Origin: Schizochytrium sp. TIO01
Lineage: Eukaryota > Protista > Bigyra: Labyrinthulomycetes
Assembly: GCA_004764695.1 (NCBI GenBank)
Contig: SMSO01000032.1
Span: forward strand, 7,596,483-7,660,482
Length of the DNA stretch: 64,000 nt
Direction: 5' to 3'
Both the position numbers and the translations under genes were made by a program. The notes below the pieces were generated by a model. It saw only the letters and a list, made by a program, of their open reading frames with translations. It did not search any database and was not told the DNA's origin. Of this stretch, positions 34,211 to 44,234 are shown in pieces (the first letter of the stretch is position 1; the number at the start of each line of letters is the position of its first letter).

Positions 34211-34792
34211 CGGTTCTTCCTTGATTCCACACCACCGCCCAGTCTAAGCACTCTGTTTCGACCTCGAAAAGGTCAATATGTCACGTTGCAATCAATACTC
34301 TGCACTCGACCTCTGTCTTTTCTCCTCAAATCCTGCAAGCAGGACTTCTCTTTGTTTCGCGTTTACAATAGAATATTGTGCCGGTGGACCTCCACAATCC
34401 TCAATTAGCAAAAAGACACCTTCTTCGTTGCTCTCCGGGTTTCCGTGCAGGGTGATCAAGGTTTAGCTTCTCTGTTTTTATGGCTGCAAACTTAAGAAAA
34501 CATCAAGAACACATTGTTGGAAAAGATAGTCCATCGTTTGCAAGAGTAAATTAAATGCAAACAAAAAACAAAAAGCACTTTGTTGAAGAACTTGTAAAGG
34601 CTGCAGCAACAGCAGCAGGAGCTAAGCAAGTCAGATACTTGCAAACCTAGATTCATTTAATAGGCTTTGGCCTGGGCAAGACAAGCGCTGAAAGTGGGAG
34701 AGGGGTGAAATATTGCCGTTGTCACTTCCCTTGGGCCGGCCTGGGAACGAAAAGTTTCGTATGCTTGAAAGTAACTTGCAACATCAGGCGAG

Positions 34793-36943
34793 ATGAAATC
34801 AAGTAGCAATAAGAAGGAGAGACCCTTCAAGAGCGGTGGCCTTGCTACGAACTCATCTTCTCACACAACTAATGAATCCGATGGTGTAGGCAAAATTAAG
34901 GCTTTGGAAGTAAAATCGACCTCCAAGCCAGGAGTGACATCAAATGACATTCATGAAACAACAAACGCTGTAACCGTTCTTAGTTTTAAAGACCAAGAAA
35001 AGCTGCCAGACGATGAAATTTATGCTCGCATTATAACAGGTGGCATCTTTATGTGCTTCTTATGGGCGTTTGCAAGCCTCTTTGTACAATGGCCAGGATT
35101 ATTCGGGCCTAATGGGCTTCAGCCTGTCCAGGCCTGGGTCCCACAAGCGCAGAACACAGTTGTGCAGCAAATAGTGCAAGCTTTCAACGAGGAGTTCACT
35201 GTAGATGATGTGTGTGAGGTATTATTGGTGCTGGGAACTAGTCTAGCCATTATTGCAACTTTTACCGGTTTCTGGCACTGGTGGGTGCTCGCTGTATTGT
35301 GGTTTGCGTATGGAACACTTCAGCAGGTTGGACGGGTGTTTCTCTCGTTTCAATGGGACATTTTGCTCTTAGAGGCAGGTCTTGTTTGCATCGCTCTTGC
35401 CTCACGCCGAGCACGGCGTGGTTCCATGTGGGCAATTCGGATCCTCTTTTTCAAGCTTATGTTTATGAGTGGTGTTGTAAAAATTCAGAGTCAGTGTCCC
35501 ACATGGCTTTCTTTGACCGCACTTGAATATCACTTTGCTACTCAGTGCATCCCAACACCATTGGCATGGTATGCCAATGCATTAAGTCCACAGGCGTTAG
35601 CACAGATCGCTGTGGCCACAACTTTGATTATCGAAATCCCTGCCACTTTGTTGATCCTTGCTCCTTTTCGTTCAATGCGCGCCTTCGGATTTTTGGCCCA
35701 ATCTATGCTCCAGGTCTTCATTATTTTGACTGGCAACTACAACTTTTTCAACATACTCACCATTATACTCTGTGTGTCACTGGTCAGTCCTGATATCTCG
35801 ATGACCACTACTCCTGATGCGGATCGCGACGGGCCTCTGCAGTATGTTGCGTATATCTTTCACAAGGCAGAAGCAACTTTTTGGCGCAAAGTTGGGCTAA
35901 TTGTGGCCACAGTTTTTGCTCTTTTATTCTACTCTCTGACATACATGGTGGAGCTCGTCCCGGCTCCAGAGTTTGTTCATTGGCGTATGGCACCGCACGA
36001 ATTGCAGAAACAAATACAGATAGCTCTACCTTGGATTCTGGCATATGAAGCATTTGTCTTAGTTGGAGCAATTGCGCTAGACGTAAATGACAACGTTGTA
36101 CAGGGCTTGAAACCAATGAAGCAGCTCCAGTTGTGGCCGTCCATTAAATCATTTGGTAGCCTCTTTACAACTTTGCTTGTCTCTACTCTTCTCATTTTTA
36201 TTTCTTGCATCTCTGCAATTCCACTGGTATCACTCGACCAAGCAAGCATCCCCGCTTTAATTCCCTCAAGCGTAATATGGGGCTACCAAAATTTACAGGT
36301 GCCATTTCCTTTAGTTCACAGTTATGGTTTATTCAGGCGTATGACGGGAGTCGGGCCGGAAGGGCAGGTTGCTCGCCCAGAGGTGATCTTTGAGGTACAA
36401 CTTGAGGATCAGACATGGCACGAATTGGACTTCAAGTATAAACCAGGAGCTGTAGACGAAATTCCGCCCTTTCTGATTCCTCACCAGCCCCGGCTTGACT
36501 GGCAAATGTGGTTTGCAGCCCTTGGTAACTATCAGGGTGCCCCATGGACAGTCCACTTGGCTGACAAAATTTTACGCGGGACGCCTGAGGTTGCTCATTT
36601 GTTACCTTCTTTACGGACCTTAAGCCAACCTCCTCAAGCGGTTCGTGCAAAACTCTTCTTATACAACTTTACCACTAACCTCTCTGGACAAAATTGGTGG
36701 CTTCGAGACTCTAAAAGTGAAAGACAATACCTTCCAGAAATTCGCCCACGCGACCAACACGTTGCTAAATTCCTCCACGCGCACGGTTGGCGAACATACG
36801 ACCATAAAGATGCCACAATTTCGTGGTTCTCGGTCCTCTTTGACAAATCTCACCATTGGGTACTTTGGCTAGTGCGACCAGAACTTTTGCCAGCTTTCTT
36901 CGCCTTGCTTATTTTGAGTGCTCGCAAAGGTCTGCACAATTAA
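34793..36943 (+). CDS. Lipase maturation factor (LMF2-like)
   Basis: FLSFQWDILLLEAG, FKLMFMSGVVKI, LTALEYHFATQCIPTP, TGNYNFFN, YGLFRRMTGVG, RPEVIFE, FKYKPG and PHQPRLDWQMWFAAL. Confidence 0.95.
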   Translation: MKSSSNKKERPFKSGGLATNSSSHTTNESDGVGKIKALEVKSTSKPGVTSNDIHETTNAVTVLSFKDQEKLPDDEIYARIITGGIFMCFLWAFASLFVQWPGLFGPNGLQPVQAWVPQAQNTVVQQIVQAFNEEFTVDDVCEVLLVLGTSLAIIATFTGFWHWWVLAVLWFAYGTLQQVGRVFLSFQWDILLLEAGLVCIALASRRARRGSMWAIRILFFKLMFMSGVVKIQSQCPTWLSLTALEYHFATQCIPTPLAWYANALSPQALAQIAVATTLIIEIPATLLILAPFRSMRAFGFLAQSMLQVFIILTGNYNFFNILTIILCVSLVSPDISMTTTPDADRDGPLQYVAYIFHKAEATFWRKVGLIVATVFALLFYSLTYMVELVPAPEFVHWRMAPHELQKQIQIALPWILAYEAFVLVGAIALDVNDNVVQGLKPMKQLQLWPSIKSFGSLFTTLLVSTLLIFISCISAIPLVSLDQASIPALIPSSVIWGYQNLQVPFPLVHSYGLFRRMTGVGPEGQVARPEVIFEVQLEDQTWHELDFKYKPGAVDEIPPFLIPHQPRLDWQMWFAALGNYQGAPWTVHLADKILRGTPEVAHLLPSLRTLSQPPQAVRAKLFLYNFTTNLSGQNWWLRDSKSERQYLPEIRPRDQHVAKFLHAHGWRTYDHKDATISWFSVLFDKSHHWVLWLVRPELLPAFFALLILSARKGLHN

Positions 36944-38451
36944 CTATAAAGTTATGAAATATTACTAATGCAACACCAGGTTTGATATGTGTTATGGTGC
37001 GGTTTATGAAGAAATTTACCTACTCTAAATATAAGATTTGTATTGCTCATTCTTTCAAATACTAACCTAACACACAAACGACGACTATATATCTCATATA
37101 TTGCCACGTCCATCCCCAGGTCTGCCTGAGAAGGAGTACAAGATCAATTGAGTTCATACCTATCTAGATTTACCCAGAGAAATAGTTTCCAGCAGCATTC
37201 TTATTTCAGTACCTGATTTGGTTTCCTTATTTCAGCACTAGGTATCTATATATTGAAACTTTGCAGGGCTCGGTTTCGTACTACATTGGTGAAAATTCCA
37301 ACTGGAACTAGTATATTATGCAACTGCTGCAAGAATATGTCATGTCTAGGGAGTAAAATTTGGTATTGTCCTGATGTAAAGATTAAACAGGTTGGCAACC
37401 GCCTGATGAATACATGTTATAAAGTGTTTCATCAAGGCGTCACTGTATTACTTTTCCAATTTTTGCACAAGTTATTATCACCCCTGTATTTGACTCGTAT
37501 AATCTGTGTATGGTTGCAAAGTGCTAGTACGTGTTAATTTGCTACTAAATATTGGGTCTATCCTTTCCTTGTTTGTCGAAAACAGCAACAGAAAAAGAGA
37601 ACTCTCTCCATGTATATGACATAGAAGGAGAAGAGTATTGTGTACTTGAGGTTAAGTCCAATAAATTAGTTATAGCTGAGTTCTTGGTCACGTATTTGAA
37701 AATTTGCCGTGTTTCAGGGTTCTCATCGGGATCAATAATGTTACCATCTTTCAGTAAATTTCCAAAGACCTCGAAGCTATCAGGTACAAGAAAGTTTAAT
37801 TCTAGCTAGACCAAAGAACGTTTCATCAATTGGTCGTCAGGAAACCCAGTGGATTTGTAAGACCTGGAGCCGTTACAGCGAGTCCTTCGCGTGGTGCCTC
37901 AACGGGCTCAATTAGAGCGATTGGGGGTTTGGTGCACCCATATTTGTCCCGGTGTCCATGGAATATTCTGTGGAAAGTCGAATACAAATAAAGTTTGTTG
38001 CAGGTATTCTAGGAAAGAAAGACAAAGGAAGAGGTTCTTTAAAATCAGATTTGTTTTATTTTTTCTCTTGAAGCGGTGTCAGGCAGACACTAGGTTCTCT
38101 TAGAAAGAGTAGTGAGTATTCATGATAAATACTACCAATCCCACTTCGGGATATGGAGATCTCTACAACAAATACAATGCTATGGTTTTTGCAACACAGA
38201 GTCTCTGATAAAGAGCAGCATTATTAAGTGAAGAAGTTTGTCTTGTGAACATCAGAAAATACCCCTCTTTTAATTTGAATTGACCTTGCTCTTCCATATA
38301 TCTTTCAAAGATAAAGAGTGGTTAGCTTATATACTGCTTAAGTAAATGTATCATGGTAGGAAAATGCACATATGTTTGTTAAGAAGTGTACATTCTCGTT
38401 AAGTCGGGCAAAGCATGGGGGTAGCCTGGCAGTAAGTGCTCCCTATGCCAT

Positions 38452-39759
38452 CTAGGCAGCACTAGTCCTTGACGATTGTATCATTTCAAGCCACTGGCAG
38501 ATTCCAGGATATTGAATGCCGCTCATTTCTTGATCATAGCTCTTTACAAGAGTATGGGCTTGATCATCTAGAGCAGTTCGCGTCTTACCACCAACAAAAG
38601 AGTTATGTCTTAACCAGTACTCAAGAAGCTCGATCGCCCTTGACGGGTTTACTTTAAGTGATTCCAAGTCAGCAAGAAAGTGTTGTGGTTCTTTTTCCTG
38701 TTTTGTGAGCCTCTGTTCCATAGGCGGGGGCGTAAAATCTAGCTCACGCAGATTATCCAGACTACTCGAGTTAGAGATAACCTCGCTACAATACAGCTGT
38801 ACGATGACCACATGCACATACTTCTTAGCAACCTGCAAATGTTTCTTAGCTCCAGAGCGAATTTTCAAACCTCTGGAAAGATAATCTGTTGTGTTTCGCA
38901 CGATAGCAAGTGGCACATCATTGGAATCTCGAATCTCAACAGCATAAGAATCGGCAATATCAAGAGCATTTGGCGCAACCGCTTCAGCACGTGCGTTGTT
39001 ATGAAATGTAGACAATACATTCAAAAGACGCCAGGTAAAGGTACGAACGGCGTGCGCAGACCAGCGATCCTCACCTCGACAGACAAAGATGACTCGATCA
39101 GATGATTCTGACTGAATGAAGTATTGAGGAAGCTCGACGGATTCATCTAACCACTTTCCCCGAAGTGCTTCTAGAGACTCGAGTGTTTTGGTTTTAAGAC
39201 CTAAAGAAGATTTTAAGAACTCCTTAGCTTCATAAGTCTTAGCCAAAGAAGAATTTTCTTGAGTTGCAGTAGGTTCTTCCGCGGTGTTGCGGATGGAGGC
39301 AAGAATATTCATCACAATTTCCACATTTACAAGGTTTCCAAAATTTGCGACAGCTTCATCAGCACTTGTTTGCGCGTGCTTTGCCCTTTTTTGACGTTCT
39401 GCATCCTCATTCTTGAGGGTTTTAAGCTCCTTACGAATTTCCTCAAGTTTCGATTTCTCAACTTTGGCTTGCATGGCCTCCCGAATATCACTGCCACGTT
39501 CATGGATCATCTGACGACTTCTTGAGCAAGAATCAGCCAGTCTTCGGGCCTCTTCGCAGATAATCAACGTTTGCTCAATTGTTTCTGCCACTTTATTCAG
39601 GTTTTCATCCTTGTTCTGGCTGGAGAAGGCACTGCCAGAATGTTGGTGGTCCTCGCAACCACTCGAAGTCTGCGATGCTCTCCGTGCAGCTTCGCTCGCC
39701 AAAAGTTCATTTAGAAAGCCACGCTGTGATTCTCGAAACCATGTAGCGTCGAGGCCCAT
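38452..39759 (-). CDS. Hypothetical protein (coiled-coil N-terminal half)
   Basis: 435-aa ATG-initiated ORF with protein-like composition. No motif recognised. Confidence 0.65.
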   Translation of the reverse strand: MGLDATWFRESQRGFLNELLASEAARRASQTSSGCEDHQHSGSAFSSQNKDENLNKVAETIEQTLIICEEARRLADSCSRSRQMIHERGSDIREAMQAKVEKSKLEEIRKELKTLKNEDAERQKRAKHAQTSADEAVANFGNLVNVEIVMNILASIRNTAEEPTATQENSSLAKTYEAKEFLKSSLGLKTKTLESLEALRGKWLDESVELPQYFIQSESSDRVIFVCRGEDRWSAHAVRTFTWRLLNVLSTFHNNARAEAVAPNALDIADSYAVEIRDSNDVPLAIVRNTTDYLSRGLKIRSGAKKHLQVAKKYVHVVIVQLYCSEVISNSSSLDNLRELDFTPPPMEQRLTKQEKEPQHFLADLESLKVNPSRAIELLEYWLRHNSFVGGKTRTALDDQAHTLVKSYDQEMSGIQYPGICQWLEMIQSSRTSAA

Positions 39760-41445
39760 TTTCCCTAACCTCTATGCACCGCTGACTCTCTAAGCAGTGC
39801 GTGTTTGCCTCGCAAAGTCTATCTCCCTTGTGCCCCTGTTGATTATTAGAATAGAAACCAAGCATCAATTTCCTCAATTTCCAAGTAGGGGGAGGTGTCT
39901 CTTAAAGAGGCCTTGACATATTTGCATCCATAGAGCTCCAAAGGAAGCCAACGATACTGTAGTCATGACATTTTCTTGAACACAGGAGACCTCGCCACAA
40001 ATGTGTAAAGCTGGGTCAAAGCAATCCAGAACAACCTATGTATCATCAACTTTTAATAGAGTTGAGGTTGCAACTTTGACTGCCGAGGTTATTCAATGAA
40101 AACAAATAACGCAACTAATAAGGACTATCATATGACCTAAGGGCAAATAGCAGATCGATCCTCCAGCTATTGACTACTAGCACTACCTATTTAGGATCAT
40201 GTTGACTAGTACTTGCTATGGGTGAAGTCACTATTCTCATAGTGAGTCTTTACTTAGCAGAGAATAACGAAGAGTCATTTGCGACTAGGCCTGGTTGCGA
40301 CAGCGTTTGAGAGGTCAAATAATTTTAATGAAGTTATAGTTTGTACTACAATAACTATTCGGCTGGGACCTATTGAGTACCTGGCAGCCCAGGAGGGCAC
40401 AAAAGAACAAATGGAGAGTTCGTCCGCAACTGCACCTTGCGTGGAACAATTCTGCAACTGTCCACTTCATTCCTACTGCTTGAAATATTTGGAAACTGCT
40501 ATGAACTTAGGCACTACCTGCTCGAGACCAGTGCGCCAGGCGGACCCAATACAAATGTCTTTGAGAGGATTATAATGCTGAGACTTTGAGAATATTGATG
40601 CAGTACCCACAAGCTTGAAGTACGTTTTTCAGGTCAAGTATGGATCATTGCATCCTACCAACCTTAGTTGCATAGTACATAGGTTCGTATAGGCCTATCT
40701 GAAGGACTGTCCTCAACGATTGCGCCTAATAGCGATTCTCCGTCACCCACCGAATTCCTTCGTCGCAGTCTGCCATCTTAAAGTTTTGCATAATCGCGAT
40801 ACCAAACTTCACATAATGGTTTTCACACAGATCAAGTCTGGCAAAAGCTGCCTCCCTGCTACTAAAATCTTCTCTGCAGCAGGCAGGATCGCGCGTAGGT
40901 TAAAACGAGGAATAAACTTGCTTGAGCTGGACGCATGGCATTTACTTCAGAAAGAGTGCGCTATCCTATACATATCCAATACTTGGAAACATATCATTAC
41001 ATCAGGCGTCATTATTCCTTTCCGCGAATGAGGCTTCTCTCGAAGCACGCTCAAGACTCCCTGGTACGCTTCTCTTACCAGGAAAGCCCCAAAATGATAT
41101 CGATGACTATACAGATATATCTATTCTGGTAATAGTGGTTTTCGAATTTAGTTTTCCCACCTCAGGAATTTTGCTTCAGTATTCTAAATTCCTCTAGTGC
41201 ACTGTTAGTAGGTACCTTAGGTAGTACCTAGTTTCCTTCCTAACTCACTCATCGACACAAATTCGATGTGCTCGCAACATTGAAGACAGGAATTGGGCGT
41301 GGCAAAAGCTTAAACCTAGCTCAACTTCGACAAAGCCTCGGAGTTCACGCAGGATCTCTATTGGATCACCACCAGGCCTAGAAAGGCTGCAGGGTAAGGC
41401 TCTGCGGGCTAGTGAGTTTGCCGTGAACTGCGAGACCAAACGAGT

Positions 41446-42054
41446 ATGACTGGCGAAGCAGTGAAGTGGAGACCCTCCACGGAGAGAGACTGCGATAAAC
41501 TCGCGTCTCGCGTGGCCGAAATTGTGAATGCTGCATACAAGCGTGGTGAAAATGGAATGTGGCAAGAAGGACAGACACGAACAAACCCCGAAGAGGTTGA
41601 GGAATTTCTAAGGCGTGGTGAATTGCTGTTACTTTTTGCTACGGAGGATGATAGCGATGATGACAGCGATGATGACAACGATGGCGAGTTACTCGGCTGC
41701 GTGCGCTGTCTTGCGCCGATGAATGAAGACGAGGATCCCAACTTAGCTGAGCTTGGCATGCTAGCAGTTGCAGAGTCTGCTGCTGGACTTGGTCTTGGTT
41801 CACGCCTTGTGAAGGCAGCAGAAGACTATGCTAAGGCCAATGGATGCTCTGTAATGCAGCTTGAATTACTCTCACCTTCTGAAGAAAAACATGATTTCAA
41901 GGCTCGCCTTGACTCATGGTACTCACGCATTGGCTACGTACCTGGTCCCACTGAGCCTTTCGAGAATGAATTTCCACAGCTTTCCGAACTCCTTGCAGTG
42001 CCGTGCAAATTTCAGATTTATAAGAAGAACCTTGTACAAGAAATTGAAGAATAA
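41446..42054 (+). CDS. GNAT-family N-acetyltransferase
   Basis: IVNAAYKRGENGMW, ELGMLAV, acetyl-CoA motif A (AAGLGLGSRLVKAAE) and WYSRIGY, with a short Asp-rich insertion. Confidence 0.9.
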   Translation: MTGEAVKWRPSTERDCDKLASRVAEIVNAAYKRGENGMWQEGQTRTNPEEVEEFLRRGELLLLFATEDDSDDDSDDDNDGELLGCVRCLAPMNEDEDPNLAELGMLAVAESAAGLGLGSRLVKAAEDYAKANGCSVMQLELLSPSEEKHDFKARLDSWYSRIGYVPGPTEPFENEFPQLSELLAVPCKFQIYKKNLVQEIEE

Positions 42055-43535
42055 ACTTTGCACATCATTGCCGAAAGCTAACAAAATTTTACAATGTAGA
42101 AAAAAAATGATACCTCTGCAGCCAGCTAGGGAAGCAAAGCGTTTTGGTCCAACATGTTCAATAGCACTTGGACCTCATTTCACCAGCACCTTGATCACTA
42201 GTCAAACAAAACACGTTCTTGCTTCTATAAATCACTGCCTCAAATCGATCCTAAACCACATTCAGACACTTTAAAAATTAACCATGCGATTGATTCCGAC
42301 TTCCCTCGTGAAGACGTTGTTTACTTTGGAACTATCTCAATGCCGAACATAACAAATGTGCAATTCTTAGCACAACATTCCTTCATACCTTCGTGCGGAA
42401 AGGTTTTGATTAATGTCAGCCAACATTTAATTACGATTATATGTTAAAACTACAGAAGAAAATGTGTTTAGATCGATATTGTATTCGTTATCAGCCTCTG
42501 ATCTCTCGATGGCAAGCTCTCGCGATGGTTTTAGAGCCAGGGTGCAAAGTGCAAAGAGAAGTAGATAGCCTTCCTCGATGCAGTCCTCTTCCAAGCCTTT
42601 TTAATTTAATATAATATATCTCAAGTGGATTGCAAGGACTATTATTTTATAGATAGCTGAATGAGAGGTTAGCTACCCTTTCAATTTTCAGTTGTTCAAA
42701 AATGATAACATCGTACTTACTGTACCGAATGGTAAAATCACAATGAATAGTGCTAAAAGATACTTAATGTTGACTGTAAAGATGAAGGCAGGGATCTCGA
42801 TGAAGGCTTTAAGAGGGCTGATCTTCAAGAGTTAGTGAACTGCTGTCCTAGAGAATGAATTCCAGGGCAGACGGATTCATGTAGTAATTAAGGAGGCCAA
42901 GACATTCTTGAATAGTGTTAGAGATGTTTGATGAGGTTAGGTTAATTCATCCTCAGCTATCGATTCAACTTACACCATAATTGGATCTAGGAAATAGGTA
43001 GTCACACGTTTGGCTCTTGACTCTGGCAGCCACACGAATCTGGTTCCCTACTCCTGCTCTATTGTAAGCCCTATGCCTGCGAGGGTTTTGCAAAGGGACG
43101 CCAAGAACTTTAGCAATGTCTTGTCCACTAGTTCCTCCGATTGGAGATCTCAGCAATAGGACGCTCGTCAAATGTCCCGAATACACTGAAACATTCAATG
43201 TAGGTTAAATAAGAGACTGTGATTCGTTTGGGGAATTCAAGACAAGCAGAGCCAACAAACCCAATAGGTGAGCATTCTCAAACCGAGCTCAGTGCTACGA
43301 AATGACTATTTCTGAGGTCAAGAACCTGAAACTTGAGATACACGGAAAGCGCGCAGCTATCTAGCTACTTAAGGGGCCAATGAATAGCATAGAATTGTAT
43401 CGGGTTATAACGCCTAGAGATTAACCTATAGAATTGTACAAACCTTGCATATCCTATGATGACGTTAGGCTTAGGCCCAATCGCTGGTTTAAAACTGACC
43501 TGCGACTCAAAGACAATCCTCAAATCATGTCCTTG

Positions 43536-43885
43536 GTAGCGCAAAAGGATGCCTCTGGCGGCGTGGATATCACGATCGGCTACGCGTGTGCATTTTTAAG
43601 GGGCATTTGAAAACTCTGGATGTTCCGAGCTTGTCGTAGATGCTTCTACATTCATTGCATGGTTCTGAATGCTGTGCAATCCTCTCGACAAACAACCAGT
43701 TTATACCACTGGCATGGGAAAAGCTCGGCTTTGTGAATGCGCGCTTGTCCGAGCAAAATGACACAGCGTTCGAGCTGTGTTGCTTTTGATCCATCCTGAT
43801 AACTTGTTGGGGTTTCAAATTTAGGCAAAAGGATGACACCGTAGTTTTAACAGAGCCAAAGTGCAAGCTTGCGGCGAACCTCGGT
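43536..43885 (-). pseudogene. tnpB: Fanzor2/TnpB RNA-guided endonuclease, C-terminal half (RuvC-II, Zn finger, RuvC-III), frameshifted
   Basis: Translation across frameshifts: TEVRRKLALWLC*NYGVILLPKFET / QQVIRM / IKSNTARTLCHFA / IHKAELFPC / LVVCREDCT / CNECRSIYDKLGTSRVFKCP / KCTRVADRDIHAARGILLRY. It is collinear with the recalled Fanzor2 pattern HRKLA-x-WLC-x-NY-x-VILLP-x-FET...KTAR...E-x-YTSKTC-x-x-C...LG-x-SK-x-FKC-x-x-C...DRD-x-N-x-ARNILLR. Confidence 0.88.
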
Positions 43886-43886
43886 T

Positions 43887-44234
43887 GTCCAGTAGGATGC
43901 GCAAGCCTGGCCTTTTGAGATTGACCACTCCACCGATGTCTTTGTAGACGGCGGGGGTGTCTGGATAGGCCCGCAGAAGGTCACCAATCTGGCATTGAAA
44001 TTTCTCTCTTTGCTTGGCGGAGGGCGCTATGGCGTAGTAGATAATAATGGTATGGTCAGTCCCGCGTTGCTCGCAGCCATAGGTGCGCTAAACATTGTCA
44101 CTTGCGTATTGGCGGTGGGGAAGCGCCCAAAGGCCACTTGCTGAGACGCCAAACTTCTGGTTAAAGGACTTTGTTGGCTTCTACGGTATGTTTGCTTCAC
44201 TTGTAGTGTTTTGGCGGTTCCTTGGCCATTCCAT
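43887..44234 (-). pseudogene. tnpA: IS607-family serine recombinase TnpA, N-terminal part (HTH plus catalytic-domain start)
   Basis: One frame with two in-frame TAG stops: ...QKFGVSASGLWALPHRQYASDNV*RTYG...TIIIYYAIAPSAKQREKFQCQIGDLLRAYPDTPAVYKDIGGVVNLKRPGLRILLD. Recalled IS607 TnpA consensus: GVS-x-x-TLR-x-W...R-x-Y...IYARVSS-x-KQK-x-DL-x-RQ...YP...DIGSGLNFKRPGL-x-x-LL. Confidence 0.8.

Larger units (their letters stand above)
43380..44234 (-). mobile_element. Decayed, internally deleted IS607-like element carrying TnpA (serine recombinase) and Fanzor2/TnpB remnants
   Basis: Manual minus-strand translation gives adjacent TnpA and Fanzor remnants in IS607 gene order (see the two pseudogene entries). 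The boundaries are approximate. Confidence 0.8.

Noticed and set aside
40279-41031. Kinase-like snippets (LGPIEYLA; VLHNRDTK)
   Set aside because: They are in the wrong order for a kinase domain and no other subdomains were found; probably chance.
43570-43866. 98-aa ORF as an intact gene
   Set aside because: It has a non-ATG start and is in the Fanzor frame only for short stretches (QQVIRM; CNEC...FKCP). It is part of the pseudogene.
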